From NCBI GenBank assembly GCA_050287845.1, contig JBNKCR010000051.1:1-59854 (forward strand): a stretch of DNA of 59,854 bases, written 5' to 3'. Source of the DNA: Polyangia bacterium (GTDB lineage: Bacteria > Myxococcota_A > Polyangia > JAAYKL01). Shown piece after piece: positions 54,399-59,854 of this stretch (positions are counted from its first letter, which is position 1; each line of letters begins with the position of its first letter). Below the pieces are notes generated by a model. That model was not told the origin of the DNA. It made no database searches and saw only the letters and a program-made list of their open reading frames with translations. Both the position numbers and the translations under genes were made by a program.

Positions 54399-55364
54399 TT
54401 ATCTGAACGCATCGTCGGTATCCATGTCAGTGGTTGCAGGCATCGGGTTTTCGAAATATTCATCAATCACCCGTTGAATGTTCGAATCTTTGAGTACTAC
54501 CGATATTTCAATCCGGCGATTCTGCATGTATGCCGCTTCATTCTCTGCTTCGTTGACGGGGCGGAATTTCGAATAGGCGCTGGATGCAAAAAAGCGACCG
54601 AATCGCGATTCCAGCACAGGCGCCGCACTGAACATGTAGTCCAACACGGCATTGGCCCGTTTGGCGGATAAATCACGGTTGAAAGAGGCCGACCCACGTG
54701 AGTCTGTGTGTCCCTGAATAAGGATAACATCCACGTTTTCGGAAACAGCATCGTCACTCAGAATGGCAGAAAACGCATTTGAGAGCGTATCCAGCAGGGG
54801 TTTGGCCTCCGGCTTTATTTCGTATGAGTTGTACTCGAAAACGAGACTTTCATTGATAACGATATTTCCGTTGTCGCCAATCGCAATTTCCGGTTGCTGG
54901 CCACCGGACTTTCGGCCCAGTTGGTTTTCGATAGCCTGTTTGACCTTGTTAATCACATCCACCCGCAATACCGCGATGCCGCGAAGTTGCGTGCGAAGGT
55001 CTCCCAGCTCCCGATTGCTTTCGGCGATAATTGTATTCTGTTCTGTCACTTTCGCCTCGGAAAGTCGAAGCTGCGTTTCCCCTTTTTTTATCTCGGCCAT
55101 GGTCATGTTCAGTCGCTGTTCCAGTAGTCGAAGCTGTTTTTCAGAACGACTGATTTTTGCCTGCGAATCACCCAGATGCCGCGAGGTCACATCCAGCTCT
55201 GATTGAATATGGAGCATCTTTTTGCCACTCAGAAGATTCTGGAGATACGCCAGCAGCACCAGGACAAACAGAATCAGTGCGATGGTGGAGACGACGTCCG
55301 TAAACGCGGGCCAGAAATTTTCCTGGGATGTTTCCTCGGACAACACAGAACGACGTCTTTTCAT
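54399..55364 (-). CDS. MotB/OmpA-family protein with coiled coil (ZorB-like N-terminus)
   Basis: ENFWPAFTD + TM, coiled coil, IQGHTDSRG...NRDLSAKRA, NRRIEI; ATGA overlap. Confidence 0.88.
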   Translation of the reverse strand: MKRRRSVLSEETSQENFWPAFTDVVSTIALILFVLVLLAYLQNLLSGKKMLHIQSELDVTSRHLGDSQAKISRSEKQLRLLEQRLNMTMAEIKKGETQLRLSEAKVTEQNTIIAESNRELGDLRTQLRGIAVLRVDVINKVKQAIENQLGRKSGGQQPEIAIGDNGNIVINESLVFEYNSYEIKPEAKPLLDTLSNAFSAILSDDAVSENVDVILIQGHTDSRGSASFNRDLSAKRANAVLDYMFSAAPVLESRFGRFFASSAYSKFRPVNEAENEAAYMQNRRIEISVVLKDSNIQRVIDEYFENPMPATTDMDTDDAFR

Positions 55365-56233
55365 CGCTTCCTCCAATGGTCATTTTCGTCCTGAACGGCA
55401 GTGGCCTGGAGTTTCAGGGCATTTGAAAGATCTGCAAACTCCAGACTCATTCGTTGGATATTGTCCTTCAAATGTGTATTGAATTCTTTGAAATCTCTGA
55501 TGTTTCCCGAAAAAAGCTGCAATGCGTCCCCAAAAGACGTGACCGCATTGTGAAGTGTATTGGCGGTTTCTTTCAGTATGTCGCTGTCGAAGGCAGAGGA
55601 CTGTTTTTCCCTACCCGGGTTTCGGCTACGCAAAAACACCTCAAGTTGGAGAACAAATCCATTTCTGCTTTCTGCGGGACCTCGAAATACCCCCACAAGC
55701 ATCACCGCGATCGCCGACAGAATCCCGACCAGGGAAGTGGAGAACGCCACCGACATTCCTGAAAGCGCCCCGGCGAGTCCCTGAGTAAGCGACGCGGTGA
55801 TTTCGACAATCCCTGATGCGTCTTCGGTAATAAGCGCCACCAGTTTTCCGATGGACAGGGTCAGCCCGTAGAACGTTCCCACCAGTCCAAGCACGATCAT
55901 GATACCTGCTGCGGATTTAAAAAATCGCTCGGCAGTGAGTGCCCATGACAAATGTTTACTCAGATGAAAATCTATCAATGTCTGTATGTCCGCATCCATA
56001 TCACCTGAGCGCTGCAGTCCAACAACATCTGCGTTGATGTTGCGCAGGAGCTGATATTGAAAGGGAGTGCTGTCTCTGTCGTGAGAGCGCAAATCCCGAC
56101 TCAGCGCGGCATACCTGGATCGGACGACCCCATTGAACACAAGGGATAGGCAAAGTATCAAGAGAATTAATGAAATAATAATGTATCCGCTTGTGTCAAC
56201 AAGCGATAGACTTTGAAACATATTGGTCAGCAT
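55361..56233 (-). CDS. MotA/TolQ/ExbB proton-channel family protein
   Basis: LGLVGTFYGL, GMSVAFSTSLVGI, short helical C-terminal tail; RBS AGGAG. Confidence 0.88.
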   Translation of the reverse strand: MLTNMFQSLSLVDTSGYIIISLILLILCLSLVFNGVVRSRYAALSRDLRSHDRDSTPFQYQLLRNINADVVGLQRSGDMDADIQTLIDFHLSKHLSWALTAERFFKSAAGIMIVLGLVGTFYGLTLSIGKLVALITEDASGIVEITASLTQGLAGALSGMSVAFSTSLVGILSAIAVMLVGVFRGPAESRNGFVLQLEVFLRSRNPGREKQSSAFDSDILKETANTLHNAVTSFGDALQLFSGNIRDFKEFNTHLKDNIQRMSLEFADLSNALKLQATAVQDENDHWRKR

Positions 56234-56401
56234 AATTTACTCCTGTATCTGTTCATACCATCATTACGCTCAATTTACGCGAATGTTGCAAAAAGCCAAT
56301 GACTGAAACCGCTGTCGCTCGCACAAGGGCGCACCATCTGCTTCTGTGCTCAATTTTTTTTGATACAACGAACGATGAGTTCGCTTTAATCCATAAAAAT
56401 C

Positions 56402-56498
56402 TTCACCCGGACACAGCCGGTACACCCGCTTGCCCCCTCGACGAGGGGTAAATTACACTGCCGCAACGGTACTTTCAGATTCGTGATAGATCTTCAGG
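56402..56498 (+). repeat. Degenerate direct repeat, copy 2
   Basis: Aligns with 54256-54358. Confidence 0.75.
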
Positions 56499-56499
56499 C

Positions 56500-57495
56500 T
56501 TATGGCATGGTATCCAGACGGGCGACGCCGTCGTTTCTGAAACGGTCGACGACGGTTTCCACTTCGGTGGCTGTGAGCACCGTGTCGCGGGCGTGAAATA
56601 CCCAGTCCACATCCTGTTGGTACACTCTGGTCTCCCGGCTTTCAGCGAACCCATCTGCGATGAACCACAGGTTGAAGCTGATGTTCATTTCACTCTCCGG
56701 ATAATAGTCGCCGGTATGTGTACATTTTAAACTGTCACCGACATAGTAGGACACATCGCCGTCTGAGACCGTGAACACCAGCGTTTGCCATCCTGCAAAA
56801 CTGTCTTCACTGGCGTTGTGGACATTGTCGGATGGCTCCGCCACGTCCCAGGTGGTGTTCCATAGTGCGGATGTGGCGATTCCCCATCCGCCATTGGCCA
56901 GATATTCAAAATCGATTTCGCTGTATTCTTCAAGGCCGGCCATGCTCCAGGGGGTGATGGAAAAGAAAGTTTCGACAATCTGATCGCCATCCACGCCGTC
57001 ACTGACCGGCGCATCGGTAAACCGGACCCGCGCTGCATATGTGCCCAACAGAAATTTCACCGGTGTGCCGATTTCCGCCTGTTGTGATCCGCTGCCGGTG
57101 CCATCTGTTTCAGCGGTCAATCGGACAACGGTCTGGCCATCCTGCTCGTGAAAGGAAATGGCATCCGCAGACCAGGTGCAACCATCGGGACCGGGACCGC
57201 CGGTTCCCGAACGAAGGTACCAGCCCATATCGCGCAGAGCACTGTCTGCGGCGGATGCATAGCTGAAGTCGTCAAAGAACACATGTTCCGGTACTGGCGG
57301 CCCATCGCTGGTATCGGTGACGGTGTCGGTGTGCGTATCCGGAACAGATGCGGTGTCGGCATGGGTATCGGATTCACTTGCGGTATCCGGCTGCCCGTCC
57401 GGCGTATCCGTGGCGCAGGCCCATGTCCAGAAAATCAGGGGGCAGAGCACGATGGCGTTCAGAAATAATTTTTCAATCTGTTGAAACATTGTCAT
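56500..57495 (-). CDS. GH16 family glycoside hydrolase lipoprotein
   Basis: Lipobox TWAC, FFDDFSY, GTYAARV, SEIDFEY (ExDxE), FNLWFI. Confidence 0.85.
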   Translation of the reverse strand: MTMFQQIEKLFLNAIVLCPLIFWTWACATDTPDGQPDTASESDTHADTASVPDTHTDTVTDTSDGPPVPEHVFFDDFSYASAADSALRDMGWYLRSGTGGPGPDGCTWSADAISFHEQDGQTVVRLTAETDGTGSGSQQAEIGTPVKFLLGTYAARVRFTDAPVSDGVDGDQIVETFFSITPWSMAGLEEYSEIDFEYLANGGWGIATSALWNTTWDVAEPSDNVHNASEDSFAGWQTLVFTVSDGDVSYYVGDSLKCTHTGDYYPESEMNISFNLWFIADGFAESRETRVYQQDVDWVFHARDTVLTATEVETVVDRFRNDGVARLDTMP

Positions 57496-57609
57496 TCCGC
57501 CACTCTATCAGGTTTTAAACCGGGTTGTCTGCATCCGAATTAAATTGCTCCTGAACGAAATTTGACCGTTCAGGTCGGTTGACCGGATTTGAACAGTAGA
57601 AGAAACACA

Positions 57610-57828
57610 ATGAGCGTGATAAATATGGTGAAAGCCACAGAAAATTCGCAAACGGGTGTGAAGCCGAGTCAGAAACTGCTGGAAGAGATGGGGCGTTTTA
57701 ATGAAGAGCTGACCAGCGCGGGCGTCATTGTGGCGGGAGATGGCCTTCGGCCCAGCAGTGACAGGAAACGGGTTCGCTTTTCAGGCGACCAGCGCACGGT
57801 GCTGAATGGTCGCGTTTGCGAAGCATAA
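57610..57828 (+). pseudogene. Truncated YciI/DGPF-family gene
   Basis: VKAT..S..G..PS..LLEEMGRFNEEL..AGV...GDGLRPSS..KRVRFSG; stops where DGPF should begin. Confidence 0.75.
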
Positions 57829-57868
57829 AAGGGCATATCCCAATTGGAAGCGCAGGGGGATTTCAGGC

Positions 57869-59334
57869 ATGAAAAATAACTGGAAATATCTTTTGTCTGT
57901 TTTCCTGGCAATGTGGATGTCCTGTTCCAATGATACTGATGATACTGATGTCGCTCCGGAAGACGAAGTCTTTACCGACACTGACGACACCCGGATAGAT
58001 ACGGCAGATTCGGCAACGCTTTCGGGTACGGACACTGGGTCGACGTCAGGAACCAATTCCGGGACCGATACCATCATGGACAGCGGGACACATGCCGGGG
58101 CCGGGACTGATACCGATACCGATACTGATACGGGGAACACGATGGACACCGGGATGGCAGACACCGATTCAACTGCGGACACATACGGGCCCCCCCCCCC
58201 GGCGATTGCACCGGTCTGGCCGATTTCACCACGTGCCTGGTAATCACTGACCCCGACCGGAGCTACGACATCTGCATCAAAGAAGTATGCCAGTCTCCCG
58301 GATGCGGCACTGCGGATTGTAATGTGCCTGGCCCTTACTTCCGCCTTGCCGACACCGGTCAGCGTGCGTGTTTCAATGGCGAAGGCGTTCTTGCAAGCTG
58401 TCCGGAATTGGAAACGGACAATTTCTACGGTCAGGACGCACAGTTCGGCTGGGATGTTGACCCTCCGGAAGACGAACTGCGCTATACACGCATTCTGGAT
58501 ACGGTGGATGAGCCGGTGGTGCAGGACAATGTCACGGGCCTCATGTGGCAGGGATGTCATGGGGGATTACGGGGCGATAGTTGCACGGTCGCGGATGAAC
58601 GCGTCTCTTCTGAAACGATGCAATGGACCGACGCGATCACATACTGCGACGCCCTGGAGTGGGGCGGTCATGACGACTGGCGACTGCCGGATGAATTCGC
58701 CCTGCAGTCGATTGTGGACTACAGCGTTTACACTCCCTCTGCCGATACTGTGGCCTTCCCGGCAACCGGAATTTCGTATTACTGGTCCTCGTCGTCTTTT
58801 GTCGGTGATGAGGGTTTCGCATGGTACGTTGATTTCAATACCGGCAGCGTGAACAGCCTTGGCAAGGGCAGCGACCACTATGTCCGCTGTATGCGGAGCG
58901 GACCAGCGACTCAGGCCAGCCGATTTGTACGGGATATTTCCACTTTGAGTGAACCGGTAGTGATGGACAGCGCTACGAACCTTGTATGGCAGGGGTGTTC
59001 CGCAGGTCAACGCGGCAAAGATTGTGGTGGGACCGCCACGACCATGACGTGGCAGGAGGCGCTGGCATATTGTACCCACTCCACCTGGGCGGACGACAAC
59101 GACTGGCGACTGCCAAACATTGCTGAATTGCACAGTATTGTGAATAACGGCACTTATAACCCGGTGATTGATGACGATGTCTTTGCGGCAACGCCAGGCG
59201 ATGACTATTGGTCCTCGTCGTCCTACGCCTTTTACAAAGACACTGCATGGTATGGAAACTTCTATAGTGGCCTTGTGAGCTGCAGCGCCAGGGATCTCTA
59301 CAGTTCTGTACGCTGTGTGCGGAGCGGACCGTGA
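57869..59334 (+). pseudogene. DUF1566 (Lcl) lipoprotein frameshifted at a C11 tract (58190-58200)
   Basis: Signal/linker in one frame; GDCTGLADFTTC...CQSPGCGTADCNVPGPYF and two Lcl domains continue in another; colinear with paralogue 51195-52730. Confidence 0.85.
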
Positions 59335-59665
59335 TGGGTGCTTTGAATGTTTGATGCTTCGGGTCATTCGTCTATTTCCCCTTCGAACACTGAACGGCGA
59401 TTCTTTCCCCATTGTCCCGATCACAAAACGCCCGGAGTCTGAAGAACCATCACAAATCCAGATGTATTCGGCAACTGTCCATGATGTCAGCCCAAAATTC
59501 CCCCTTTTGAAGGGGGTTAGGGGGATGTTGACACAACCTTTTACAACCCCCTCCCTCGTCGAGGGGGAGCCAGCGCAAAGTTCCCCCTTTTGAAGCTGTC
59601 TCTTCATCATATCTGGATCGTGAGTCGACAAATAACGGATTTTAGACGTATTATCAGTGCAAAAT

Positions 59666-59738
59666 GTAGCTGCGGGGTTTATCCCCGCTTATTTCTGTTC
59701 TTTCCAGGGTTTTGAAGCGGGGATAAACCCCGCAACTA
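59666..59738. repeat. GTAG-type REP doublet (REPIN-like inverted repeat)
   Basis: (G)TAGCTGCGGGGTTTATCCCCGCTT ... AAGCGGGGATAAACCCCGCAACTA; each arm is itself palindromic. Confidence 0.75.
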
Positions 59739-59854
59739 GTGCGCCGGGCATGGCGTGCAGCGCCGGAGATTGGCGCTGGATAACCGGGGAGCGAAAGCGA
59801 ACCGGAAAGTGACTTGGAGGTGAAAGTCCTCTGGAGGTTTAGATGACGGGATCT
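59739..59854 (+). mobile_element. 5' end of a group II intron (IIC-like), truncated by the window
   Basis: Starts GTGCGCCGGGCATGG directly after a hairpin; GCGAAAGC and GAGGTGAAAGTCCTC domain-I-like stems. Confidence 0.8.

Noticed and set aside
54399..56233. Complete Zorya system or flagellar stator
   Set aside because: No ZorC/D/E, short MotA tail, no flagellar genes
51195..59334. DGR target/template pair among the DUF1566 genes
   Set aside because: Lcl domains can be DGR targets, but the two paralogues differ at all base types and no adenine-specific TR/VR pair is visible; the adjacent element looks like a group II intron

Overview
Bacterial window, probably Myxococcota/deltaproteobacterial (inferred from protein types and lipoproteins with Asp-Ser/Thr linkers). 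About 0.2-26.8 kb is a large hemicellulose-utilisation locus: GH27, GH30, two GH54, GH31, GH3, a CBM11-like protein, two solute-binding proteins and a TonB receptor. Embedded in it is a three-gene module: a beta-propeller/di-heme cytochrome c, an HzsA-like diheme protein and a double Rid/YjgF protein, which mirrors the subunit architecture of hydrazine synthase. About 26.8-32.6 kb is AT-richer accessory DNA with an ECF sigma factor, an I36/crystallin-like lipoprotein, an IS3 remnant and a TIR-phosphofructokinase fusion gene. That gene is bracketed by 96-bp direct repeats of the 3' end of the neighbouring radical SAM gene. The rest holds an RND efflux triad, a CotH kinase, an ECF/anti-sigma-like/secreted caspase/ricin-lectin operon, a sulfatase-like enzyme, GH5, GH16, TPR and DUF1566 proteins (one split at a C11 tract), a repeat-flanked MotA/MotB (ZorAB-like) pair, several gene scars, and the 5' end of a group II intron inserted at a REP-like hairpin. 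All calls come from motif recognition by eye; no searches were run.
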